Origin: Spizellomyces punctatus DAOM BR117
Lineage: Eukaryota
Length of the DNA: 20,000 bases
Assembly: GCA_000182565.2 (NCBI GenBank)
Contig: KQ257476.1
Reading direction: 5' to 3' (one strand)
In this document: positions 10,140 through 20,000 of the stretch, piece by piece
Position numbering within the stretch: position 1 is the stretch's first letter
Layout of the letters: each line of letters opens with the position of its first letter
Made by a program: the position numbers and the translations under genes
Notes under the pieces: generated by a model
What the model saw: the letters and a program-made list of their open reading frames with translations, nothing else
The model's database searches: none
What the model was told of the DNA's origin: nothing

Positions 10140-11142
10140 TCAATATAATCCTTTAAAGGCTGTAACGTAGATAAAGACGATCGACAACAGGGCCAGAATG
10201 GTGCTCATAATCGTAAGTCCAAAACCAGCTCCAAGAGCCAGTTTTGAAAAGGTGACACCGTCAATACTTGAATCAGCCATATCTTGTTTGAACAACCCAA
10301 GCAGGATGATCGAAATAAGTTCAAAGATCACTAGTGGAAGGACGCCGCATAGGGAAATTGTGGGTAACAAGGTGAATAGGAGGGCGGCACCTGTAAAGAG
10401 ACGCTTGACACCTACCGGTGGTGAGTCCAGACACTATGCAGATTTGAGCAAAAACTCGGCGAGATGTTTTCCAGTAAAACCCGTATAGCACTGAACGATA
10501 GAATGAGAATCGTGGTCAGCGCCCGTTTGCAATGGACACAATGACTCGAAGTATTTGCTGATAACGGCTTCACTTACCCATGGCTGCGAAGCTGGCGATC
10601 ACCGCAAGGGGCATGAGAACTATAAATGAATATGAGCATTGACGGTTGCAAGCAAAACAAAAATTGCAGAAGCTCACTTTCGGCTCCCAGTAGCTTTGCG
10701 CAAAACGAGTCAGAACTATTCCCGGAACAAACGTCTGCCACTTTAATGCATTGCCCTGCAATACAAAAGTCATAGAGCCCAATCTTGGCGGGGAGTGTCC
10801 GGTACCTGAAGCAATGAGAATGCACCAAATGCAGAACTATGTCATGCTTCCATTGTTTGATTGAGAACTACTTGAGCGCGCTTCATACCGGCCGTTCACC
10901 CAATCGCCAAGCGCGGTGCCAACGATCGAAAAGATGGTAGTCAAGAAAAGACTGATGAAAATGGCCACACGCGGCCATGGAATATCGCTTTGGGTCGAGC
11001 CAGGTTGTTGCTTGCCAGTATCCTGGACTACGGCCACGGGAGACTCCAGATGGTGATCCGCGACCTTTTGGGTTGGAACGGACGCCGGATCTGCATAGAA
11101 ACCGTTGTTGGGAGGATGATTGTAAACCTGTTGTTGGGACAT
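10140..11142 (-). CDS. Claudin/PMP22/SUR7-PalI-like four-TM membrane protein, 229 aa, 5 exons (11142-10889, 10805-10678, 10619-10578, 10490-10416, 10330-10140)
   Basis: Four GT-AG introns splice into one open frame of 690 nt. Extracellular loop W...GLYDFC...C matches the claudin W-GLW-C-C signature. Four hydrophobic segments. Confidence 0.85.
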
Positions 11143-12057
11143 ATTGTGTCTCGCCGATGAATGAACGATAAGGAATAACGGTGGAGGCCTCAATCGGAGG
11201 GCCGGACTCCTCCGAACTACCTTAAATACTTTCGACAAAAAAAATCATCCTCCAGCGGCGATTTTGTGCAACTATGCTCGTATTCCACGGCAACCGGACT
11301 CAGCCATGTCCAAGACATAATCATGCGTGCTGCTGGGATCCCAGACACGTCTCTATGTACCTTCCTACTGCTTCTAAACCTGGTTTACCTGTATCTAAGC
11401 ATCCTAGAACCAACCAAATTCCGGTGAGGGCAGGCACCAGTAGGTGGATGTCTATTTAAGTTTCAGTGGGTAGTAGTTACGCGGTTGACCAACCATAATA
11501 TATTCCGTATGCATATATATCTAGTAGTAGTTAGCTTTATCCGGCCTGGTTGCTCCCAGACCCAAATGGTGCAATCGGTGACATTCGTTATTGGCAGTAC
11601 GCGTCGCGTTTTGCATATGGGGCATGCAGTAGCTCCATCAAACATGTAGAGTCATCCTCCAAAGTTGAAGGACATAGTTATGGTCATACTACAATGCTTT
11701 CTATCATTGATTCCATACATATTGGCTGAGCTCATTTCATATCAAGCTCACCAATTTCATCGTATCGAAACTTTTCGAAAAACATTCATACGTCTCTATT
11801 TCAGACCATCCCTATCGTAAGACGAACCAGGAAATCTGGGCGGGTATGGTCCAATGCGTTCAATTTTGATTCAGCAATGTAGAGGCAGCCAGCGTATGCA
11901 ACCAAAAACAGTAATCTTGTCTATTGCTTTCTGATAAGAGTACAGAGACAAGTGGTATTCGTACAGAATGCACAACTTTGCAGGTCCTAGAACGCTTTCT
12001 GCATTCCCTTTTCAACGTTCACAAATAGATACGCTTGTGCTTCAACTCTATTTCACG

Positions 12058-13464
12058 TCATAAACATCTAAATATCATTCCTCCAACCCGGCCCACAACC
12101 ATTTTTGGTAAAATCATTACCCGCCATATAACCCACAAAGCAAATTGGACAATTTCGCCCGCAGCGGATGTCCACTTCTTGACACTGTTACGCAGTGTAA
12201 GGAACCACTCGTCATGTGAGGGTGCTGCATCCGCTGCTGCCAGTTCGATGTCGATATCTTGCCCAGTATTGGCACGGACGACTTGAATGAGACAGAGTAA
12301 ATTTCTTGTTCCTTCATCTTCTTCTTCATCAGGGTTGGTCGATGGACATGGGCCCACGGTAAAATGAACCCAAGTGGGCACAGGATCTGATGATGTGTCC
12401 AGTTGAGAAGGCACCGCTGAGTCGAGGTATTTCGACGGCGATGGAGGAGGTGTAGGTAGAGGCGTGGACGGGTCGGCAATACTGGAGCTGCGGGAGGTAG
12501 ATCGAGGACTTTGAGGGACTGAGGTTGCGGTGGAGAAAAGTGGAGGTTCAAGTGGGCTGGCAGAGGACGTGGCATCATGCGGAGAAACATTTTCAGGGGA
12601 GAATGTGGGAGATAGATGAGGTCGAAGTTCAGGTGCGAGGCCGATAGAGCGAGATCGGGCCCGTGCGGCCATGTACGCATTGACTTGTTCAAAAACTTCA
12701 TCCGCATTTGCTTCGTCCGTGATCGTTTCATCAGGATTAGATACCATCTCAAAATCTTGCTTTTCTTCTTCATCATCAGCGGGAACTGCCACAGATCCCT
12801 CCCGCCCTTCGACAAGATCTCCATCTGCCCGCCCATCTTCTGTGCCTGACCAAGTCCAGCGAACCATAAACACAGCATAGCCATACGGTCTGCATGCCCG
12901 GCTCAACCCTCTGCATAGCTCCGCCACATCGTCCGGAGCCACAAAGCGCATTATGAAGCGATTCAAGAGGGACTCGGTATCATGTCCTAGAAACTGGGTC
13001 ATGGGAAATGCTTGGACGATTCTACCGAAAGAGTTCAAGCGCAGCACAATAGTTTCCGTCGGTGGCGGGGTCTCTACGTTTCGCACATTGGTATCCTCGG
13101 AATCCACCTCAATAGCTCGTGACAGGTCTCGCACATCCGTAATGTCTTCAAGAAACCAGACACTATACGCAATACCGTCTGTTTCGACTTGGTGCATGCA
13201 CACCTGAATGAATCTGGTATCTTCTTCAGCGTCCTCCTCCGGTGCTAACACTCGCATCAATCTCACAGATCCAACATTGCGGTTCGGTACATCGGAAGAA
13301 TCTGTGGCAACAAGTGTATTCCAGTCCCTGCCGACAATCGTTGAACCAGAAAAGAGACGTTCAGCAGAGGGCGACGCGGCAATGACCTTATTCTCCAAGT
13401 CAGTGAGAACGATAGCGCTGCTCGAAACCGGACAAGAGGATATGAGGTGCGGAGACTCCTCCAT
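12058..13464 (-). CDS. Tandem PAS-domain protein without a recognisable output domain
   Basis: ATG at 13464 (MEESPH). PAS1: AIVLTDLENKVIAASPSAERLF...IVGRDWNTLV...WFLEDITD. PAS2: IVLRLNSFGRIVQAFP...FLGHDTESLLNRFIMRFVAPDDVAEL. Confidence 0.8.
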   Translation of the reverse strand: MEESPHLISSCPVSSSAIVLTDLENKVIAASPSAERLFSGSTIVGRDWNTLVATDSSDVPNRNVGSVRLMRVLAPEEDAEEDTRFIQVCMHQVETDGIAYSVWFLEDITDVRDLSRAIEVDSEDTNVRNVETPPPTETIVLRLNSFGRIVQAFPMTQFLGHDTESLLNRFIMRFVAPDDVAELCRGLSRACRPYGYAVFMVRWTWSGTEDGRADGDLVEGREGSVAVPADDEEEKQDFEMVSNPDETITDEANADEVFEQVNAYMAARARSRSIGLAPELRPHLSPTFSPENVSPHDATSSASPLEPPLFSTATSVPQSPRSTSRSSSIADPSTPLPTPPPSPSKYLDSAVPSQLDTSSDPVPTWVHFTVGPCPSTNPDEEEDEGTRNLLCLIQVVRANTGQDIDIELAAADAAPSHDEWFLTLRNSVKKWTSAAGEIVQFALWVIWRVMILPKMVVGRVGGMIFRCL

Positions 13465-13964
13465 GAGCAAAAAATTGTAGTGTGAGCGGTGCAGAGTGCG
13501 GGGATTTGCGCGTTGAACGTCGCGAGAACGAGACTGCCCAGCCGAAGGGGGGAATAAGGTCAGCACACCCAATGTCCAGAACTGTCGGCCACACGAGAGC
13601 CACACACCTGCCACAAACTAAGCACAACCGAAATCAAGAACGTCATCGGCGAAATTAAAAGAAAAGTTTAATTTGGACACGTTTTTGTGGATCTGTTTTG
13701 CATCACGTGGGGTTGTTGGACAGTTTGTCCATTTATGGAAAGTTTATGGATGATGTCATCAATATGCTAACCAGCTGTGCCACACTTAACCGCCGGAACA
13801 CATTCTGACCCGACAATGTGGAATTAACGGGTGATCCGCCGGCCAATTCCACAGGCTCTTACCGCGTTTGTTTAATGAAATTAGGAGGGAAATGATCGAG
13901 TCTCTCAAAACCTGGCTGCTCTGCTCTGGCTGTTGCTTCAATTCGTTGAACGCATTTACACCAG

Positions 13965-15604
13965 ATGCTCTCAAGTTCCCTGCCGGCTATTCGACTTTGC
14001 ATCCTAGGTGCACGTAGCGTTACGTCGTCCTCTCGCTGTTGCGCCGCAGCACTATCTTCTTTCGGACGTTCATCCCTTGCAGGCACCTTTCCCACCTCCT
14101 CACCCAGCCTCATGCAATCGACCAGGACGGCTGCGAATGTTGCAACTGTTGAGTCGTTTTCAAAAGAACAGTTGCACCCCCGTTCTCTAAAGTCCTCTGA
14201 ACCGCCGACAGTTCCTACAATTGACTTTGGTTCATTTAATAATGTGACTGGTGAAGGTGCAAAACACGTCGCTGACCAAATTCTGAAAGCCGCCCTGGAT
14301 ACAGGTATTGCTCTCCATTTGCTAGGTCCCTTGGTGCGCGCTGCTTTCTGAATCACGCTTGTACTGGGACAGGCTTCTTCTACCTCTCCAATCACGGGGT
14401 TCCTCAAAAAGACATTGACGATATGTTTGAACTGGTAAGTTATTATATTACCGTCCACCGCCAAATGGTTTATGGTTAATTTTGGCCGCCTGCATCGTAG
14501 ACGAAGAGATTTTTTGCAAAAGGGAGTGCCCATAATGCCAAATATCCGTACAACCCAGAAATAAACTCTGGCTATCTTGGAATCGCAACAGAAAGGTACG
14601 CTCCTGGACTAATGCATACGTAGCAATAGTGAAAACTCATAGATAATTCTATGTTCCACAGACTGAATCCAAATTCAGACGAACAGGAGTACAAAGAGGC
14701 AGTAAACATCCCGAAATTGAATGGCCGTACCGCTCGTAAAGAGGACTTTGCTCCTGAATTAGCGAACAATTGGGAGCTGCTGACGCGGTTTCATCGAGTA
14801 AGAAACTCCAAACCATCAAATATAACTGGATCTAGTTCTCTTACGCATTTTATATGTTGCATAGTCTGCTCACGACTGCCTTCTCCGCGTATTACGTGCA
14901 TTTGGAATGGGGCTTCAAATTCCAGAGTCTGCTGGCGGCCTCGACTATTTTACATCCTGCCATCGTTACGAAGAATCGAGTGCTGATATCCTGCGAATCT
15001 TGTGGTACCCCGCTATACCCGCGGACAGAAGCACAAAATGGACGCGAGCTGCTGCGTAAGGCTTTGGATCATAAACAATGGTTTCGCCACTACTGACTTG
15101 ATACCGCAACGCTAGCCATAGCGATTACGGCAGCCTTACCTTATTATTCCAAGACTCAACTGGGGGGCTGGAGGCCCTTTTGCGGAGTGGGAACCATGAA
15201 CCGAAATGGATACCGCTCCCTCCACGCCCAGGAACCATTGTTGTAAACACGGGAGATCTGATGGAATTCTGGACTGAGGGACTTGTAAAGTCAACAGCTC
15301 ACCGAGTAGTGTTCCCGGATGGCCCTGCAGCCCATCAGGACAGGTCAGCACAGGTTTGAGATTTCCTTGTCAGCGCATAGAGCATACTAACGTGGCTCTT
15401 AGGTACACAATCGCCTACTTTGGGCAGCCCGAAGACTCTACACCACTGACTACAATTCCCAGCGAAATTGTCAAAAGCAAAGTCCTTCAGGATGCCAAAA
15501 CTGGGAATGGCGAAGCACTGTTCCGTGGCCCAACGTCCATGTCTCAGGAGAGGGCAATGACTGCTCTGGAACATTTGAGAATGAGGTTGAGCGAAATTCA
15601 TTAA
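13965..15604 (+). CDS. 2-oxoglutarate/Fe(II)-dependent dioxygenase (IPNS/DIOX_N family), 417 aa, 7 exons (13965-14304, 14373-14434, 14501-14595, 14662-14797, 14865-15055, 15116-15343, 15403-15604)
   Basis: Six GT-AG introns give a continuous frame with VPTIDF, GFFYLSNHGV, LRILWYP, HSDYGSLTLLFQD..GGLE, VNTGDLMEFWT, STAHRV and RYTIAYF (HxD...H triad, RxS/T). The Arg/Ser-rich N-terminus resembles a mitochondrial presequence. Confidence 0.95.
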
Positions 15605-16957
15605 GTGGCCCGTAGGCTCTACTGCGGGATGGACATTTATTTTGATTTTTTGTCGAATATTTGGCTGCATTGCGGTTCTGCAGTCGGTGTAGTTTAGCTT
15701 AGTTTTATATGTATAGTCAAAATGGTGCAAGCTGTAAAGTTATTAGAATTGATATGATGTGCAATGAGATACCTCACAAGATAATGGTAATTTTGGCACC
15801 GCCGGCAATTCCTATGCTTTTCGATCTTGGAAAGCACAAGCAAAAACTTCTCCGATTTACTCTATGGACCGCCTGCGTGTGACTTCATCTCGGCCGACAT
15901 TATTCTTTGAGCACCTGCTGAACTCTACGGCACAGCTGTCTCATTCAGGTTTGTATGGACATCTAAGGGGCTCTTGTGGTGCGACGCAATTGCTCATACC
16001 TATATCCCCGGCAGCTTGCAACCAAATGTATCGCAGTGAACGGCAACAGCCCGTGTTCAGCTCGAATCTTGCAAAATTCCTACACAGCCTGCAAATGCAA
16101 GTGATACACCTTCTACCGCATTACTTTTGCAGTTGCCCAGTTTTTTTTTTTTTGTTTTTTAAATAGGCATTGTTCACTGGCTTAAGAAAGCAGCACCGGC
16201 TATTTCTGCTATGGAAACTGCTACAGTTGTAAGTCATTGGATCCTTCTCAAGTACTCATGTACGCCATCGAGTCTCGTTCTGAGAACTCATTTATCACAT
16301 TTCATCCTGCTAGTAGTAGGCAGTAATGAAGTTCGGTCATGCATGTATGATGCTACCGCTGACGGCGTTGTTCACGTATGGTTTATGAAGGAACAGCTCC
16401 TTCCAGTTGTGAAAGATCCAAAGAATGTCAATGGCAACTGCCTAACCCCATATCCTGCATTCACCCCAAGTGAAATTCTCCTCACTCTGATCTGATCATT
16501 GCGGTCACATTTATTCATGTTTCTATAGGAAATGCTGCGTTGACATGCTCCCAAGTATGTGTATGCCCCTTCCTTGTTCAATTTCCTGACATGCTCCAAA
16601 GTATATATGTGCCAACCGCAATTCCGTCAACTGCTATCTCTGCGCCTCTTGAGTAGGCACGGATATCGCCCCCATCCGCTGTCCTGACCGAACTGATTCG
16701 TGGCAGCGTTGATACTCTGCTCGAGAAACATCGCTTGTGGTCTTCTAATGGCCAATGCCCCGGTCATTCTTGCTGGTGGATATATCGTGCCCGGGCAGCA
16801 TGAACCAACGAAAGAAAGGAAAAGAAGGTGGTAAGTGTACGTCCAAACATAGAGTTGATGTGGATGCACCCCAATTGACACTACTAAGTGCTGCCTCTTT
16901 TGCACGTATTCACATGGACTATTCGGCCACGGCGCGTTAGAATCGTAAAGGGATAAG

Positions 16958-17219
16958 GCTGCCTGCTCCTGCTTAGCGCCGACCGAAGTCAGAAACCGGA
17001 TCGGTGTAGGGACCAGCGAAGATTCAGCAATCACCGCCAGTCCAGCCTCCGAACTGGTGCAGAACACTCTCTTTCCAACCAACCCATTTGGAATGGAAGA
17101 AAAAGAGCGGCTGGGTCGCGGTCAAGCGCGCACAGGGTCTACCGAAAGGTAGACCTAAAGTTGAACCCATTGCACGGTTATCGTGCGGCTTGAGGGATCC
17201 CTCCTCTCCCCACAGCAAC
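16958..17219 (-). ncRNA. Unidentified structured RNA, copy B, inside putative intron 17255-16919
   Basis: About 90% identical to copy A while flanks diverge. Terminal stem GTTGCT/GGCAGC, C(UUCG)G hairpin CTGAC-TTCG-GTCGG, hairpins GGTCTACC/GGTAGACC, GCACG/CGTGC and GGACTGGCGG/TCGCTGGTCC. G-U pairs indicate the minus strand. Donor GTAAGG at 17255, branch CTAAC at 16940-16936, acceptor TAG at 16921-16919. Confidence 0.65.
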
Positions 17220-17602
17220 GTCGAATGATTTGGAAACCATGAAAACTCACCTTACTGTTTCGTTGCTTGACGCGACGGAGAGCGGATGCGCGAGCCAGGT
17301 GTGCCGGGGCAGGAAGCGAGAGCCAGGTCAGACAGCAGACGATGAGGCCGCTTTGGCTGAGGAAGTTCGGGAAAATGTGTGCAAGACTCGCCGAAAACGA
17401 ACGCCAAATTGGACGTAGACGGGCAGTATGAACAGTCCGAGAAAGAAACAAAAAAAGATGATCAGCATACATCCGAAAAGTATGTTCATGCACCCCATTT
17501 GACTACTATAGAAGTTGCTGCCTCTTTTGCACGGAAAAATGTCAAATCATTGACCCGCTAGACGATTCGTCTAGGGACGCGTTAGAATCGTAAAGGGATA
17601 AG

Positions 17603-17860
17603 GTTGCCAGCTCCTGCTTACGCCGACCGAAGTCAGAAACCGGATCGGTGTAGGGACCAGCGAAGATTCAGCAATCGCCGCCAGTCCAGCCTCCGACTGG
17701 GTGCAGAATACTCTCTTTCAAACCGACCCATTTGGAATGGAAGAAAAAGAGCGCTGGGTCCGGTAAGACGCGCACAGGGTCGACCGAAAGGTAGACCAAA
17801 AATGAACCCATTGCCCGGTTATCGTGCGGCCTCAGGGATCCCTCCTCTCCCCACAGCAAC
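17603..17860 (-). ncRNA. Unidentified structured RNA, copy A, inside putative intron 17896-17571
   Basis: Same fold as copy B, with terminal stem GTTGCTG/TGGCAAC. Donor GTAAGA at 17896, branch CTAAC at 17585-17581, acceptor TAG at 17573-17571. Confidence 0.65.
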
Positions 17861-17980
17861 GTCGAAATGATTTGGGAACGATGAAACTCATCTTACCGTT
17901 TCTTTGACGCGAAGGTCGCTCTTTGGGGGAGCGGCGATGAGGTTGGGAGGAAAACGGGAAACGCGTTGAGAGGAGAGGCC

Positions 17981-18100
17981 TTAAATACTGCGCAAAACCC
18001 CCTTGATGGAACGGCACAGTCATGAAATGTGATCATGTAACCAAAAGAAGATTTATGAAATTGTTACGGCACAGTCATGCCGAAGAGACTTGGTCACGTG
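17981..18100 (-). promoter_or_regulatory. Candidate Pol II promoter of the structured-RNA host transcript
   Basis: TATTTAA (17987-17981) followed by a pyrimidine-rich stretch, about 85 nt upstream of the first donor. Exact 14-mer acggcacagtcatg at 18011-18024 and 18066-18079. CACGTG at 18095-18100. Confidence 0.4.
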
Positions 18101-19712
18101 TGTGTCATATAACCTAGTTGGGATAAATGATATTGATTTCATTCCATTTGCGAGCGCAAAAATCACGATCGCACTGAATGCTATGCCTTGGAAGAGCGGT
18201 ATCTAGTGGTTCTTACCAATACCATCAGGTGCCATTTCTATCACAAGCAATTGATCAGATTGTATTTTAGAAGCGAGGAATAGGATAGCAATGGACAAGT
18301 TCCTCCACCGGCCATTGAGACAAAGTATGAGACGTATAGCAAGAGTCTAACATACCGTTCCGTTTTCGAATTATGCGGGGATTATTAGACATATGTGGTA
18401 TTCGCAGCCGCAAAGTTCAAGTAACTTTTACAAAGATGGTATTTGAAATGAACGTATGCTACGGCAAGAGTACATTCGTGCAGGATGTTTCCACAAGGAC
18501 ACCGTCGCTGCGCGTGCATGCTCAAAACAGTGCAGCACGCGGAGATAGGACTGAGGTTCGTGCAGGTAGGACAGCTGACATTTTCCAGTGTCAAGTGGCA
18601 TGGTTGATACAGAAATGTTTCCTCATGGATTGATGGTAGCCTGCCAAATGCGCTCTCTCGGGACGTTAACATTTCAGCATAATTTCTGGCCGCATAGGGT
18701 TCCTTTAGTCTGCAAGGATGAAACCATAAGAAGCAATTCACCATTAAGTCATAGGAATATCTGCAATAAAGCTGCTAGTCATGGGCTTGCGAAATGGGAC
18801 GATAGAATGTCGGCATAATCGCCCAGGTCTCGCTATGTAATTAGAACTACGACCCTTGATATGGAGATGAGCCAGCATAGTCCACAGGATCTAGTCACTA
18901 ATAGGCATTCCCAGCCTCTTGTACAGCGTTGAGTTCGAGGCAAACTCATCAGCAAATTTGATATGGACATGTATGGCCTGGCATGTTCTCATTATCCACA
19001 ATTCACTACATTGGCTCGGAGGATAGATAGAGAGGGTCACGCTGTCGAACGATATGGTCCACATAAGAGCAGGCTATTACAACATCAGAGCCTGGTATCT
19101 CGGTGGGTGGGAGAGACAGTCGATAGTTGTAGGAGGGTTTTGGACTTGGAAATACACTGATTCATGATCGGTCGTAAACGCCATGGAGTTATTCTGATTA
19201 AATCTACTGAACAAAGTCAAAGTAAAAACAAACTGGCAAAACTGATGGAAACATCGTTCAATTACAGCCAAAATTCGATCACGATATCTTGAGACAAAAC
19301 ATTGCTAATCCCATGTGGTCTGTTGGTCGGAATCAGAAATGTGATCGCAAACTCTAAGATAGGTACCTGCGAAAAATGAAGTTTGACCAAACTGTTGACA
19401 TTGTGAAAAAATGGGTGAGCCACGGATTTTCAGTAGGTTGATCAGAATGGACGTTGGTTACAGAGTTTATTCCTAGAGACCAGGAAAGCGACCAGGAAAG
19501 CGACTTAGGCAGGAGGAAGAATCATCGTCTTATTACTATTTCCACTGCATCAAGGAGACAGGCATCAACAAGTTGAAATACAAGAGCAATCTTCCCCTCC
19601 CATAGATTCCCGTATATAACGTTGATATGGTGCCCTCTGACCAAAGATCAGTATGGCCATGCCGACTTTGGTAATGATGACAGGCGCCAGAAGTTTCAAA
19701 TCAAGGAGACAT

Positions 19713-20000
19713 TTAAGCCAAGGCACTGGCCACGATGACTGGAGGAGTGGTAACCGGAGGCTTTGTGGAAGAGGTAGCGCTCTTGGAAGGACTTTGTTTC
19801 AACACTTCCTCGACAGTAACGCCAAGCTTCAGGAGACACCAGGTCTCAAAGCATATGGAAAAGATCCTCACATAGGCATCGATGGGTGTGAAAGTGGTCC
19901 GAAGACTGGTGATTTTTAAAGCTGTATCGGCTATTTTTCGAAAAGGATACGTGAGTGTAAACAGCAATCAACGCAGAAAGGTATCTCACTCACTGAGTTG
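19713..20000 (-). CDS. Last exon (19930-19713) plus the end of the previous exon of an unknown gene continuing beyond the window
   Basis: Intron 19993-19931 (GTGAGT...CTCAC...AATAG) splices in frame to QLTDTALKITSLRTTFTPIDAYVRIFSICFETWCLLKLG...ALA*, a hydrophobic helix followed by an S/T/P-rich tail. Confidence 0.55.

Larger units (their letters stand above)
16859..17913. repeat. Tandem direct duplication, period ~625-640 bp (about 16859-17276 and 17483-17913)
   Basis: Long shared blocks, e.g. cgcgttagaatcgtaaagggataagg and gccgaccgaagtcagaaaccggatcggtgtagggaccagcgaagattcagcaatc, are present twice. Confidence 0.95.

Noticed and set aside
13859-14533. 224-aa minus-strand ORF
   Set aside because: Antisense to the well-supported spliced 2OG oxygenase.
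17177-17219. SAM-I riboswitch-like words on the plus strand (TTATC...GAGGGA...CAGCAAC)
   Set aside because: P2/kink-turn and P1 partner are missing, and G-U pairs and splice signals point to the minus strand.
16958-17860. Assignment of the duplicated RNA to RNase P/MRP, SRP, U3, U17/snR30, telomerase or cobalamin riboswitch
   Set aside because: Diagnostic motifs were not found by eye (GAAAGTC-type CR-I, helix 8 GNRA + AGCAG, C/D boxes, m1/m2, telomeric template, B12 box). A covariance-model search is needed.
16627-17870. Short ORFs across the duplicated region as proteins
   Set aside because: Indels between the two copies break the frames, so conservation is not at protein level.

Overview
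Eukaryotic, most likely fungal, genomic DNA. This is inferred from short GT-AG introns (58-87 nt), several with CTRAC-type branch points, and from an intron-containing tRNA; the lineage cannot be fixed from the sequence. Ordinary genes: tRNA-Asn(GTT), a RimJ/RimL-type GNAT acetyltransferase, a BTB/POZ + Cys-rich protein, a 5-exon claudin/SUR7-like 4-TM protein, a tandem-PAS protein with no output domain, a 7-exon 2OG-Fe(II) oxygenase, and the last exon of a gene truncated by the window end. Three things stand out. (1) At 16.86-17.9 kb, two tandem, roughly 90% identical copies of an unidentified, highly structured ~260-nt minus-strand RNA. Each sits inside its own spliceosomal intron of an apparently non-coding transcript and is followed by a conserved hairpin-ACA block. 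(2) An intronless SpoIIIAA/Ycf45-type ATPase that appears fused to a winged-helix/LOTUS-like domain and a degenerate DEDD exonuclease domain, with a probable 1-nt frameshift near its 3' end. (3) A 1-kb mosaic at 553-1553 made of inverted repeats plus shuffled fragments of paralogs of both the ATPase and the BTB gene. All domain calls are from motif recognition by eye; no database searches were run.
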